A stretch of DNA of 64,000 nt from Candidatus Bathyarchaeum tardum (GCA_024650005.2 CP122380.1:1216001-1280000); one strand, 5' to 3'. Counted from the stretch's first letter, positions 49,050 through 59,611 are shown. Numbers and translations are program-made. The notes: generated from the sequence alone by a model not told the origin.

Positions 49050-49883
49050 ATGGAAAATCAAGCTGCAGTACAAAAGGACCAAAATCTGAAAAAGAACATG
49101 AGTAAAATCAAGCACAAAATTGCAATAATTAGCGGAAAAGGCGGAGTGGGCAAAAGCACAGTATCAGCAAATTTGGCAATTGCATTCGCAATAAACGGAC
49201 ACCGAAACCGCGTTGGAATGCTAGATGTAGATATCCACGGACCATGCATCCCCAAACTTCTGGGTGTAAAAGGAGAAAAACTTCAAATTACACCCAATGG
49301 AGCGTATCCAGTAACCAACTCTGAAGGAATCAAGGTAGTATCCATGGATTTTTTGGTAACAAACCAAGAAACCCCAATTGTATGGCGTGGTCCATTAAAG
49401 ATGCAAGCAATCAAGCAGTTTTTATCAGATTTTATTTGGGGCGAGCTGGATTTTCTGTTTATCGATGCACCACCGGGAACTGGAGATGAACCCCTTAGCA
49501 CAATGCAACTCATTCCAGAAATGGATGGAACAATAATTGTTACTATTCCCTCGCAAGTTTCTGAAGACGTAGTTAAAAAAGCTGTTATTTTTTCAAGACA
49601 GATGAAAATTCCTGTCATCGGCATTGTAGAAAACATGAGTGGATTTGTTTGCCCTAAATGTGGCGAATCTGTTAACATTCTGGGTTCAGGGGCAGGAAAA
49701 CGAATAGCTGAAGAATTAAAGGTGCCTTTTCTGGGACAAATTCCAATGGACCCCAAAATCTGTGAAGAAGCAGACAAGGGAACAACATTCTTGAAAAAGT
49801 ACCCCGATTCGCCTGCAACTAAGGCATTCAAAGAAATTGTGAAAAAAATTGAAGATTTCTTAAAAAACAAAAAAACAGAATGA
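49050..49883 (+). CDS. Mrp/NBP35 (ApbC) Fe-S cluster carrier ATPase
   Basis: SGKGGVGKS, DVDIHGP, WRGP, DAPPGTGDE and ENMSGFVCPKC motifs. Confidence 0.95.
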   Translation: MENQAAVQKDQNLKKNMSKIKHKIAIISGKGGVGKSTVSANLAIAFAINGHRNRVGMLDVDIHGPCIPKLLGVKGEKLQITPNGAYPVTNSEGIKVVSMDFLVTNQETPIVWRGPLKMQAIKQFLSDFIWGELDFLFIDAPPGTGDEPLSTMQLIPEMDGTIIVTIPSQVSEDVVKKAVIFSRQMKIPVIGIVENMSGFVCPKCGESVNILGSGAGKRIAEELKVPFLGQIPMDPKICEEADKGTTFLKKYPDSPATKAFKEIVKKIEDFLKNKKTE

Positions 49884-49901
49884 AAGGAGAAAAAGAACCT
49901 A

Positions 49902-50288
49902 ATGAAAATTTGTGTTTCAGCATCTTCAAACAGTTTGGATGCAAATGTGGATTCAAGGTTTGGCAGATGCCCATATTTTGTGGTAGTAAATTCTGAAACC
50001 ATGGAGTTTAATGTAGTTTTGAATGATTCTACAAACGCTGCTCACGGAGCGGGAATTCAAGCTGCTCAGACAGTAGTAAACAGTGGAGCAAAAGTAGTAA
50101 TCACAGGCAATGTTGGACCGAACGCCTTCAAAGTTTTGTCTGCAACAGGAATTAAGGTTATAACTGGAGTTTCTGGCAATATCAAAGAAGCTGTTGAAAA
50201 ATACAAAAACGGTGAACTTGAAGAAACATCCAATCCAACTGTTGGAGGACATTTCGGAATGGGAAAAGGAGCATCCAAAGGGCAATAA
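49902..50288 (+). CDS. NifB/NifX family Mo-Fe cluster-binding protein
   Basis: RFGRCPYF, HGAGIQAAQ and GNVGPNAF motifs. Confidence 0.9.
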   Translation: MKICVSASSNSLDANVDSRFGRCPYFVVVNSETMEFNVVLNDSTNAAHGAGIQAAQTVVNSGAKVVITGNVGPNAFKVLSATGIKVITGVSGNIKEAVEKYKNGELEETSNPTVGGHFGMGKGASKGQ

Positions 50289-50322
50289 TTTTCGAAAAAT
50301 GTTACATGGAGGTGCAAGTTAA

Positions 50323-50697
50323 ATGAATACAAGATTAGTCATTCCAGTTTCAGAAGAAAATGGTCTAGATTCTATGCTTTCTCAACACTTTGGCAGAGCT
50401 CCATTCTATGCAATAATTGACTTAGATGAAAACGGGAAAGTAATCGGTAACGGAACAATAGCAAACACTAGCGAACACTTTGGAGGAGTAGGATTGCCAC
50501 CAGATAGAATAATGCAATTGAAACCAAAAGCTCTAGTTACATATGGTTTAGGTTCAAAAGCACTGCAGATGTTCCAAGCAGGCGGCGTTGCAGTTTTACG
50601 AACGGAAGCAAACACAGTAAAAGATGTTGTCACAGCCTACAACAACGATGAACTTCAAGAATTAACAACAGGATGCAGTCAGTCCCACAACCACTAA
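50323..50697 (+). CDS. NifB/NifX family protein
   Basis: HFGRAPFY motif. Confidence 0.88.
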   Translation: MNTRLVIPVSEENGLDSMLSQHFGRAPFYAIIDLDENGKVIGNGTIANTSEHFGGVGLPPDRIMQLKPKALVTYGLGSKALQMFQAGGVAVLRTEANTVKDVVTAYNNDELQELTTGCSQSHNH

Positions 50698-50739
50698 GTG
50701 CAAAAAGATCACGTTAGCAATCAAAAGAAGAGAAATAGA

Positions 50740-51573
50740 TTGATAATAACGGTTGCAAGCGGAAAAGGGGGAACCGGAAAAACAACAGTAGCCGTAAATT
50801 TGGCTCTTTCCTTAGATAATGTCCAACTACTTGATTGCGACGTTGAAGAACCAAACGCCCATATTTTATTAAATCCAAAAATAACTCAAACTAAACCAGT
50901 TCACAGTTTAGTCCCCGTAATTTCGGAGGACAAATGTGTCTATTGTGGAAAATGTGCAAAATTTTGTGAATTTAACGCCCTGTTTGTAGCCCCAAAGACC
51001 GTTTTGGTTTTCCCTGAATTGTGCCACAGCTGTGGAGGATGCATGCTAGTTTGTTCCAAAGACGCAATCACTGAAACAAAAAGGAAAATAGGCGTCATAA
51101 AAAAGGGAAATTCTAACAACATTGACCTAGTTTATGGTGAACTCAATGTTGGCGAGGCAATGGCTGTTCCATTGATAAAGGCAGTTAAGGCAGAAATTAA
51201 CCCCAGTAAAAACGTGGTAATTGATGCCCCTCCTGGAACTGCCTGTTCGTTGGTTTCTTCGGTTCATAAAACAGATTATTGCATTCTTGTTACTGAACCC
51301 ACCCCCTTTGGTTTGCATGATTTGAAGATAACTGTTCAAGTTTTGAAAAATCTTGGAGTGCCCATGGGGGTTATAATTAATCGTGCAGAAGTAGGTGACA
51401 AAAAAGTTTACGATTACTGTAAACAAGAAAACATACCCATTCTGATGGAGATTCCGTTTAGTAAAAAAATTGCAGAGCTGTATTCTCGTGGAGTTCCATT
51501 TGTAACAGACATGCCAGAGTGGAAAAACAAGTTTCAGGAAATGCAAAAAACAATACAGAGGTGCCAAAAATGA
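50740..51573 (+). CDS. MinD-like P-loop ATPase with inserted 2x[4Fe-4S] ferredoxin (COG1149)
   Basis: SGKGGTGKT, DCDVEEPN, CxxCxxCxxxC twice, TEPTPFGLHDL. Confidence 0.92.
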   Translation: MIITVASGKGGTGKTTVAVNLALSLDNVQLLDCDVEEPNAHILLNPKITQTKPVHSLVPVISEDKCVYCGKCAKFCEFNALFVAPKTVLVFPELCHSCGGCMLVCSKDAITETKRKIGVIKKGNSNNIDLVYGELNVGEAMAVPLIKAVKAEINPSKNVVIDAPPGTACSLVSSVHKTDYCILVTEPTPFGLHDLKITVQVLKNLGVPMGVIINRAEVGDKKVYDYCKQENIPILMEIPFSKKIAELYSRGVPFVTDMPEWKNKFQEMQKTIQRCQK

Positions 51574-52433
51574 CCAGAGAAATTACAATACTTAGCGGAA
51601 AAGGTGGAACAGGAAAAACTAGTGTAACTGCGTCTCTTGCTGTTTTGGCAAAAAATGCTGTAATAACTGACTGTGATGTTGATGCTCCTGATCTTCACAT
51701 GTTGCTAAATCCTGCAGTTTTGGAGACACAAGAGTTCAAAGCGTCCAGAGTCGCAGTAATAGATTCTGATACTTGTGTACAATGCAGAAAATGTGAAGAA
51801 CACTGCCGCTTTGGAGCCATAACCCAACAAGGAATTGACCCAATTTTGTGCGAAGGTTGCGGAGTATGTGTTTACGTTTGCCCATTAGCTGCAATAAAAC
51901 TGGAAAAACGAGTTTCAGGACAAGCTTTCATTTCAAAGACTGAATACGGTTTGATGTCCCATGCGTTGCTAAATCCAGGGGAAGAAAACTCTGGCAAACT
52001 TGTGTCGTTAGTTAGAAAAAATGCAAAAAAAGTTGCAGAAAAAGAAAACTGTGATTTAATCATAAACGACGGTCCACCGGGAATTGGTTGCCCAGTAATT
52101 GCATCAGTAGGTGGAGTGGACCTAGGTATAATAGTAGTAGAGCCAACGTTATCAGGAATTCATGACATGATACGAGCACTTGAGTTGCTTAACCATTTTA
52201 AGATATCTGCACAGGTTTGTATAAATAAGTACGATTTAAACGAACAAAACACATTGAATATAATCCTATTTTGTGAAAAGAACAAAGTAGATGTAGTGGG
52301 AAAGATACCCTTTGATTCCATATTTACCGAAGCAATGGTTGCAGGAAAACCAGTAATTGAACATGCCCCCGACAGCAAAGTTTCAAATGCAATAAAAAAA
52401 ATATGGAGAAATATAACTCAGTCCATAGAATAA
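51570..52433 (+). CDS. MinD-like P-loop ATPase with inserted ferredoxin (COG1149), second copy
   Basis: SGKGGTGKT, DCDVDAPD, CEGCGVC and DGPPGIGCP motifs. Confidence 0.92.
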   Translation: MTREITILSGKGGTGKTSVTASLAVLAKNAVITDCDVDAPDLHMLLNPAVLETQEFKASRVAVIDSDTCVQCRKCEEHCRFGAITQQGIDPILCEGCGVCVYVCPLAAIKLEKRVSGQAFISKTEYGLMSHALLNPGEENSGKLVSLVRKNAKKVAEKENCDLIINDGPPGIGCPVIASVGGVDLGIIVVEPTLSGIHDMIRALELLNHFKISAQVCINKYDLNEQNTLNIILFCEKNKVDVVGKIPFDSIFTEAMVAGKPVIEHAPDSKVSNAIKKIWRNITQSIE

Positions 52434-52519
52434 ATACGGTTTATTAAAGATTTGAAATAAGTTTTGCGAATTCAGAAGTTTTTTTATTAAGAATTCAAAT
52501 TGTTTCATCGACACCCACT

Positions 52520-54487
52520 ATGATATTCAGAATTATCAAGAACAAGAAAGCAATAAGCCCGGCTATTTCGGGGATAATTTTGGTCGCTGTTTCTATAACT
52601 TATGCATTGGTAGCATCATCATGGTTAGGTCAAATGACAGTGTCCGTCATGTCCTTGGAAGAATTAAAAATAACAAACTGCGAATGGGCACAGGATTATA
52701 CACATGCTGATTTAACAATCAAAAACATTGGAACTCAAGGCGCTACATTGAGTTCATTACAAATAAACGGAGAAGTATCAAAAGATTATGAAATTATTGA
52801 GGGAAACTTAAAAATCAACCCAGGCAGAAGCACTACTATTCGTGTAAACCAAGATTTCACTGAATTAGAAAAATATGAGTTTAAATTCACGACCAAAAGG
52901 CTTACTCCAATAAAAATTGTTTCAGTTTTGCAACCTAACTTAGAAACCAAAAATATAGCTTCAATTCATTATGTTAATGCAATTTCAGACGTAGATGAGT
53001 CAGCAGATAAAGGAACCCATAGTAATTTTGCCAATCAACAAGGGGAACCTAACAATGTTTTTAATACAATTACAGAAACGGATTTTGGGACGGGATTAAC
53101 AAGCATTGTACAATACCCCGATGTTGGAAACGTAAATTTTGGGACACAAATAGATTTTGTGAACGCTCAAGATATTAGCCCAGATGGTAATTACATGACG
53201 CTTCACGAAGAAAACTTGGGCGGTGGCAGTAATGGATATCCAAATATTCGTTCCAAAACGCATTCTGTTGAATCTAGTAGTACCACAAGTCATAAAGTAA
53301 GGCTTCCAGACAAAATAGAAGTTGGAGACACTTTGCTGGTTGTTTTTGTGTGTGATGGCCCGGAAAAAATAACTTGGGAAAATGAAGGCAAAGACTGGAT
53401 TGTTATCTATGAAGAAGATGCAGGGAGGTCTGGCCCCACGATGTCTATAGCCTGGAAAAAAGCTACAGGTGACGAAAATAGCAAAACAGTAACAATTCAA
53501 ACTAGCGGGTATAGAGAATCAACACATATTTCATATGCAATACAAAATGCCAATGATCCCTACATCACGCCTCCAGAAGCATCTCCAGAAGCAAGTGGTA
53601 ACAGCAATGACCCTGATTCAAATGGACTTACTCCATCAGGTGGTTATAATCCATATTTATGGTTCACATTTTTTGGGTCTGACAAAGGCAACATAGCAAC
53701 AGATTATCCTAGTGAATACCAAGACAATCGAGAAACATACAGCTCTTCAAAAAAGGGGACAGCATGTGCAATTGGAGCAGCTACTCGCGAATTTACTGCA
53801 GATTTTGATGATCCGCACGATTTTAAGATAAAAAAATCATACTGGACAGCAACAACTATTGTAATTTATCCTGAAACAGTTCTTGATGATTACAAGTTGG
53901 ATTTTGAATATCAGTGGACAAATGTTGATTACGATGAAACCACAAAACAGGTTTGCATTTATGTTGAAACAGCCAGTCAAGATGAAGAAAATCTGGTAGC
54001 TTACGAATGGAATGGAGAAACTTGGCAGAGTCTAGGGGTATTAAGTTCTGATGGTTGGAATAATTTCACTACATTACTCATGAATGGACCAACATACACT
54101 ATTAACATTCGAGATGAAGACAAACCAAATGACGCAACACAATCTAGCTGGAATATTGATTGTATAATAACAAATTGCAGTTCAACAGAAATAAATTATG
54201 AAATAGACATAGAAGTCCAATTCACGGATGTCGATATTAGCAACAATTATGAACAAATTTGTATTTACATGGGTTCAACAACTGCAGAACCACTTGAGGT
54301 TTACATTTGGAACGAAGGAACATGGGAACTATTATCCAGCAACCTAATGCAAAATCAATGGAACAACATGACACGAACCATAACACAAAACATAGTTACA
54401 TTGCGATTTTTGGGATCCATAGAAACTATCGACCCAATTCAAGACAGCTGGGAAATCGATTCAGTTCTGCTTTATGGACCACCATAA
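52520..54487 (+). CDS. Large archaeal type IV pilin/archaellin-like surface protein
   Basis: Class III signal peptide KKA/ISPAISGIILVAV..., followed by a pilin Ig-like domain and long beta-rich extension. Confidence 0.8.
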   Translation: MIFRIIKNKKAISPAISGIILVAVSITYALVASSWLGQMTVSVMSLEELKITNCEWAQDYTHADLTIKNIGTQGATLSSLQINGEVSKDYEIIEGNLKINPGRSTTIRVNQDFTELEKYEFKFTTKRLTPIKIVSVLQPNLETKNIASIHYVNAISDVDESADKGTHSNFANQQGEPNNVFNTITETDFGTGLTSIVQYPDVGNVNFGTQIDFVNAQDISPDGNYMTLHEENLGGGSNGYPNIRSKTHSVESSSTTSHKVRLPDKIEVGDTLLVVFVCDGPEKITWENEGKDWIVIYEEDAGRSGPTMSIAWKKATGDENSKTVTIQTSGYRESTHISYAIQNANDPYITPPEASPEASGNSNDPDSNGLTPSGGYNPYLWFTFFGSDKGNIATDYPSEYQDNRETYSSSKKGTACAIGAATREFTADFDDPHDFKIKKSYWTATTIVIYPETVLDDYKLDFEYQWTNVDYDETTKQVCIYVETASQDEENLVAYEWNGETWQSLGVLSSDGWNNFTTLLMNGPTYTINIRDEDKPNDATQSSWNIDCIITNCSSTEINYEIDIEVQFTDVDISNNYEQICIYMGSTTAEPLEVYIWNEGTWELLSSNLMQNQWNNMTRTITQNIVTLRFLGSIETIDPIQDSWEIDSVLLYGPP

Positions 54488-54509
54488 TTCAGAATGAAGG
54501 TTTTTTCTT

Positions 54510-54827
54510 TTACAAATTATTTGTTACTGCTAAAGGTCTTCCTTCTGTTAAGGCCTGAGCTACTTTTTTTCGTGCATTTTTAACTAGCCGCCAAATTGTG
54601 CCACGAGAAACGCCCATTTTGTCGCCTGCTTCTTCTTGGGATAAATCTTCAAGGTCTACTAGGCGCATGGCTTCTAATTCTGCTGGTTCGATTGTGATTG
54701 TGGTTCCAGTTGTTATTGGGTGGGGAATGAAGTTTCGTACTTTTGTTGGATTAGGTATGGTTACTGGTTTGGGGAGTCTTCCTCGTCGCCCTCGTCTATG
54801 TCGTCGTCCGTATGACATTGTTATCAT
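54510..54827 (-). CDS. DUF134 family predicted DNA-binding protein
   Basis: ELEAMRLVDLEDLSQEEAGDKMGVSRGTIWR...ARKKVAQAL. Confidence 0.92.
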   Translation of the reverse strand: MITMSYGRRHRRGRRGRLPKPVTIPNPTKVRNFIPHPITTGTTITIEPAELEAMRLVDLEDLSQEEAGDKMGVSRGTIWRLVKNARKKVAQALTEGRPLAVTNNL

Positions 54828-54885
54828 TAGTTATGATGTTACGGAACACTTATATATTTTTGTGCATTAACAAATAATTATAAAA

Positions 54886-54899
54886 TGTGCATATGCACA
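54886..54899. promoter_or_regulatory. Perfect palindrome, candidate DUF134 operator
   Basis: TGTGCATATGCACA between the divergent DUF134 and DUF5320-like genes; related half-site TGTGCAT at 54861. Confidence 0.6.
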
Positions 54900-54915
54900 A
54901 AATAGAGGTGAAAAA

Positions 54916-55296
54916 ATGCCAAGAGGAGATAGAACAGGACCAGAAGGTGCAGGACCCATGACTGGAAGAGGCGCAGGATACTGTGCAGGATATTCTTTAC
55001 CAGGATATGCGAATCCAGCAGGTGGATACGGAAGAGGATTGGGCAGAGGACGAGGATATGGTAGAGGATGGCGACGAGGCTTCGGTAGAGGTCGATTCGT
55101 ATACCCCGCACCAGTAGTTCAACCAGTTTCAGTCCCAGTAAATCAGTCGATGCCGCAACCACAGTCACCCGAACAAGAAATCGCAGCTTTAGAAAATTAC
55201 CAACAAAATTTGGAAGCAGAAAAAGCAGATCTTGACCAAGAAATGGGTGGCATCAAAGCCAGAATTGAAGACCTGAAAGCCAAACTGGAAAAATAA
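54916..55296 (+). CDS. DUF5320-like Gly/Arg-rich protein with C-terminal coiled coil
   Basis: MPRGDRTGPEGAGPMTGRGAGYCAG, GRG repeats. Confidence 0.88.
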   Translation: MPRGDRTGPEGAGPMTGRGAGYCAGYSLPGYANPAGGYGRGLGRGRGYGRGWRRGFGRGRFVYPAPVVQPVSVPVNQSMPQPQSPEQEIAALENYQQNLEAEKADLDQEMGGIKARIEDLKAKLEK

Positions 55297-55323
55297 CCAA
55301 TCAAAAAACCAAAAAATATTGTA

Positions 55324-55686
55324 ATGACAGGGGGAGGTGAATTTTTTTTGGAAAAAATCAGAGTGGCAGTTGCAACCAACAACAAAAAAGGTTTAGACGA
55401 CACAGTTTCAGACGTTTTTGGTAGAGCCAAAACATTTACTCTCTTAGACATTGAAAACGGTCAGATAACAACCATACAAGTTCTAGAAAATTCTACAGCT
55501 GATTTTCATCACGGGGCAGGACCCATTGCAGTTAAAATGTTGGTTGATAATGGCGTTAACATAGTAGTTGCAAACCAAGTAGGATTTGGAGCGTCTGAAC
55601 TGCTAAAACAGCATAATATTAAGATGGCGCCAATTGAACCCGGAACAAAAGTTGCAGATGCTACGTTACAGGCAATCGAAACATAA
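55324..55686 (+). CDS. NifB/NifX family protein
   Basis: VFGRAKTF and HGAGP motifs; true start may be TTG near 55348. Confidence 0.85.
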   Translation: MTGGGEFFLEKIRVAVATNNKKGLDDTVSDVFGRAKTFTLLDIENGQITTIQVLENSTADFHHGAGPIAVKMLVDNGVNIVVANQVGFGASELLKQHNIKMAPIEPGTKVADATLQAIET

Positions 55687-55691
55687 AGCAG

Positions 55692-56354
55692 CTAAAGCAG
55701 TTTTGTTTGATGCAAGTCTGTTTCTTTTTTTATTTTTTTTGAGGTCTTCCAAGATTTTCTAACAAAATCGGGGTAGGAACCATATTTTTTTATCCAATCG
55801 CGGAGAAAATTTGTTGTCTTTTGGTCGTTAGGGTAACCACACCCCAAGTTGCCGTGTTTTTTAATTAATTTGGAAATTACTTTGTCTCGTTCTACTTTCG
55901 CGATTATTGAAGCTGCAGAAACAACAGGATATTTCAGGTCGGCTTTGTGCTCTGAAATAATTTCTGAACGAAAAACAAGGTTTTCTGCAATGTGCTCTCC
56001 AAACCGTTTAGCATTAACATCTGAAGCATCCACATAAACAACATCAGGATTAAGAACAGAAATCACCTTAGCCATTGTCTGAGCCTCAAAACGGTTTAGT
56101 TTATGTAACCTTTTTCCAGTTTCAACTACGTGGTCTATTTCAACGGGAGATAAATGCACAACATAACAGTTCAAGGCAATTTCCCGTATCTGTCTAGCAA
56201 GAATTTCTCGTTTTTTTGGAGCCAGAAGTTTAGAATCTTTAACCCCAATTTCAACCAACTTTGGCAAATCAGTTTCGTCTATTGAGACCCCACCAACAAC
56301 TAATGGACCAATAACACAACCCCGACCCGCTTCATCTACGCCAGCTAAACGCAT
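55692..56354 (-). CDS. rnhB: Ribonuclease HII
   Basis: GVDEAGRG, DSKLL and VSAASIIAKV motifs. Confidence 0.96.
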   Translation of the reverse strand: MRLAGVDEAGRGCVIGPLVVGGVSIDETDLPKLVEIGVKDSKLLAPKKREILARQIREIALNCYVVHLSPVEIDHVVETGKRLHKLNRFEAQTMAKVISVLNPDVVYVDASDVNAKRFGEHIAENLVFRSEIISEHKADLKYPVVSAASIIAKVERDKVISKLIKKHGNLGCGYPNDQKTTNFLRDWIKKYGSYPDFVRKSWKTSKKIKKETDLHQTKLL

Positions 56355-56472
56355 TTCTAAACCTCATTTGTGTCTATTTTGTTGATTTTGAAATTTGATG
56401 TTTTTGACAGTTATTGTTTCAAGTTAACTACTTTACTGTTTAGCTTAAAATAGCACTCAGACTATAATATTC

Positions 56473-56799
56473 TTGACAAAAATGAAGTATATTATTGTAC
56501 TTATGACCGTATCCAGCAAGTCAGAGGCAGAAGATATAATCCAGAAATTACTAGAAGAACACCTGATAGCCTGTGCTAACATTTTAGATGCTGTTTGTTC
56601 ATTGTTCTGGTGGAAAGAAAAAATTGAACAAGAAAATGAAACTTTAGTTCTAATGAAATCCAGTGAAGAATTATTCAAAAAGCTTACCAAAAGAATTCAA
56701 GATCTGCACAGTTATGAAGTTCCAGAAATTCTGGCATTACCAATACTTGATGGATCCCAATCGTATTTAGATTGGATGAAAACTGCCTTGAACCGGTGA
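56473..56799 (+). CDS. cutA: Divalent-cation tolerance protein CutA
   Basis: LIACAN, HSYEVPEI and YLDW motifs. Confidence 0.93.
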   Translation: MTKMKYIIVLMTVSSKSEAEDIIQKLLEEHLIACANILDAVCSLFWWKEKIEQENETLVLMKSSEELFKKLTKRIQDLHSYEVPEILALPILDGSQSYLDWMKTALNR

Positions 56800-56805
56800 A
56801 ATAAT

Positions 56806-57519
56806 TTGTCCAAAAAGCCCGTTACAAGAGCAGAAGAAAAAGAGGTCATCTATGATTCCAGTCATTGGAAGCTTTTAGAACAACTAAGGAAAAAAAGCCT
56901 TCAAGTAATGAAAGCATTAGACAACTGCCACTTGCAGTCTACTGTTCATGGGAGCATTGCCAGAGGTGACGTTACTCAAACAAGCGACATTGACATATTC
57001 ATTTCAAACCTAATTTCCTCATTTACTGTTGAAACTTCAATTGAAAGGTCCGGTTTTCAAGTTTTGGAACGAAAAATCATTCAGGCAACCCCTCTTTATG
57101 CATTAAAAGGATACATAGAATTGGATAGTCAAACTAGCTTGTCTTTTCCTTTGGTTAAAATGCGGCAAGTAGAAAAAGAATTTTACAGATTTGGAGGCGA
57201 AGCAACAATTTCCATCCTTGATGAAAACAAACGAGTTTTTGGAGTTGATAAACGGCTCATGCTCATCAAACCCACAGACGAAGGTCATATCGAAACTACT
57301 GTTGTTGGACAGGAAAAAGAAGTGGCTAAAATGTTAGGTATAACTCCAAACACGGTTTTAGACCGTGTACGAGCGCTTTTACGACGGGATAAAGTAGGAA
57401 GAACGGGTGTTTTCATCGAAAAGGAGCTAGATGCAAATGAAACTTTCGAGCAAGCAATGAAACAATTGGGGGATACGAATCCTGCAGTTCGTAGAAGAAT
57501 TGGTTTTTATCAAAAATGA
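56806..57519 (+). CDS. Predicted nucleotidyltransferase (COG2413-like)
   Basis: HGSIARGDV..SDIDI, GVDKRL and GRTGVF motifs. Confidence 0.85.
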   Translation: MSKKPVTRAEEKEVIYDSSHWKLLEQLRKKSLQVMKALDNCHLQSTVHGSIARGDVTQTSDIDIFISNLISSFTVETSIERSGFQVLERKIIQATPLYALKGYIELDSQTSLSFPLVKMRQVEKEFYRFGGEATISILDENKRVFGVDKRLMLIKPTDEGHIETTVVGQEKEVAKMLGITPNTVLDRVRALLRRDKVGRTGVFIEKELDANETFEQAMKQLGDTNPAVRRRIGFYQK

Positions 57520-57522
57520 GGC

Positions 57523-58602
57523 TTAAGGTAACGGAAAACGTAGCAGAGCTGCGATTCCTCCTAGTGAAAGAAGGTTTGTTCCTGCTTCGTGTTCAGTGCT
57601 GATAACCATTATTTCTCCACGTGCGTCTTCAACATTTTTCATAAGGGATTCCAATGAAAGCCTTTGTTCATCAGTTGTTTCCCGTAAAGTTAAATCAGCG
57701 ACTAGAAGTTTTTCTACTGCCCCATAATTTGCGGCTTTTTCTACGTCCCCAAACCCGTAAGTTATTGTAGATTTTCCTTGCCCCAGTCGTGCTAAGAAAT
57801 CTTCCATTGCTTTCATTTCATCGGCTACTCGCATATTTTGGAGCATATTAATAAGAATCCCGGAACGAAGGGCTTCTTGTATTCCAGATAATCCCGCACT
57901 GTTTGTTCCTTTTACCCCTATTATTGAAGCTGCAACATCACGAGCCTCTTTTTGCACATACTCAAAAAAGTCATCTTTTATGTATCCAGGACCAAGAATA
58001 ACTATCGGACTATTAAGAGGAAGCCAGGCATCTCGTAAAGCCTTAAGGGCAATCTTCAAAAAAAGCTGTTTTTCTTTTCCTCTTTTTTCTGCCTCATACT
58101 TTCCAGGAAGTTTTGTTCGCCCTCCTGCTTTAACATCAATTCCGTACTGGCGCAAGATTGCTACACAGTAGTCTTCATCATCGATTGAAATTATTGCAAG
58201 AGGAGAAGCAGTAATTTTGCTTGCCCGTTTTATTCGATCCAACTCATGTTTTTGCCATTTCTTTTTGACAATAGTTACTGGTTTATTGACCACTACATCC
58301 AGTGTGTGACGAGAACCATTTATGTTTAATTTTTCAGGTGCATCAACAACAATTCCATTAATACGTAAACGGTTGAGAACCTTATCCCAGTACATTTTTT
58401 CAACTTGAACACCTAAATTAACCGGAACTCGTTTTGCTTTTGTTGGTCGGGAGTAATGCTCATCTGGTTTTACTTGTCGAGTAGTGCGAGCATAAACCTC
58501 ATCACGTTTAATAATAACATTGTAAAGATGCCAAAGGTCATCCATGCTTTCAGGCATAACCTTTGCGAATCCCTTTTTGAGGTCTATTTTGAAAATTTTC
58601 AA
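57523..58602 (-). CDS. pelA: mRNA surveillance protein pelota
   Basis: PESMDDLWHL, RLRING, HT, GPG and LGGIAALLRF motifs. Confidence 0.95.
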   Translation of the reverse strand: MKIFKIDLKKGFAKVMPESMDDLWHLYNVIIKRDEVYARTTRQVKPDEHYSRPTKAKRVPVNLGVQVEKMYWDKVLNRLRINGIVVDAPEKLNINGSRHTLDVVVNKPVTIVKKKWQKHELDRIKRASKITASPLAIISIDDEDYCVAILRQYGIDVKAGGRTKLPGKYEAEKRGKEKQLFLKIALKALRDAWLPLNSPIVILGPGYIKDDFFEYVQKEARDVAASIIGVKGTNSAGLSGIQEALRSGILINMLQNMRVADEMKAMEDFLARLGQGKSTITYGFGDVEKAANYGAVEKLLVADLTLRETTDEQRLSLESLMKNVEDARGEIMVISTEHEAGTNLLSLGGIAALLRFPLP

Positions 58603-59611
58603 AAATATTCTATCCTTTCAAGTAGGTTACGGTAAATGATTAGATATATAGTTAAAAAAGTATTTATCAATTATTAAATTAAACTTTAATTAAATGTTCT
58701 CCTCCGTTTTAATTTGTTTTTTACGCTTAGAAACAATAATTTCAATTTTCTCTTTGATAGTTTTATTCATCACTCCTTTTTACAAAATTTTCTTTAATCA
58801 AAAGCAAATGTGCTTTGAATCTTCATGAAAATAATTGGATTCAGAAAAACATAATAAATTTAGAATTTTGGGAAAAATCGAACGAAAATCTTGTTCGTGG
58901 TATTTAATTAAAAAATAGAATTAATTTCATTTGAACGCGCGAATATGAACCATAACTCTCGAGATTATGATTTTTTAAAATTAAAATTTAAATTATGCCA
59001 AATTGGCGTGGTTTATTGAAATAAATCGTCCACTACTAAACAATCTATAATGTAGTAGTAGCTCAGTGTATGAGATCTGTTTTTGTGAAGAATTAGTTTT
59101 TGATGCATTGAAATTGACTGCCAGCCTTCTTAGCATAAATGCAGCAGAATAATAGTTCATTTTTGACTCACCTGATGTTCATCTGTGATACCATCTAGTT
59201 CTTGCAGAACTCCCAGAATAAAATTAATAGAAACTTTTTGTCGGGAATTAGTATTCAAAGAAATATTCACCTTTTTAATAAATATTAGCTTTTTAACGGA
59301 TCGAAATTGCATTTCTATTAAAAATCTAATTCTAAAAATATAATCTATTGTGATTGTGACTATACGATCACAGCTACTTTTTCCAAAACAGGAAAAAATG
59401 TTTGAAAATTTCTTTTAATGCAAATATTGCGATTCCAAGGTAACTATTAAAATTAATTATTTGAGATATTTTGATACAGGCATGTGACTGTGTAGACTCT
59501 ATCACATCGGTTTATAGCCAAATTCTACAATATATAATTCAGTTTAATAATTAAAAAATAGGTGAATTTCACCAAATATAAAAAACTGGGTCATTGGAGG
59601 TGAATAATGAA

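Noticed and set aside
49283-50002. 239-aa antisense ORF, and the many similar shadow ORFs in the track
   Set aside because: They lie opposite or out of frame within well-supported genes such as Mrp, fwdA and feoB.
54950-55095. GGA/AGA-rich short repeats
   Set aside because: They encode the Gly-Arg repeats of the DUF5320-like protein.
49902-55686. Nitrogen fixation inferred from NifB/NifX-like genes
   Set aside because: No nifHDK, and these small domains are common in non-diazotrophic anaerobes.
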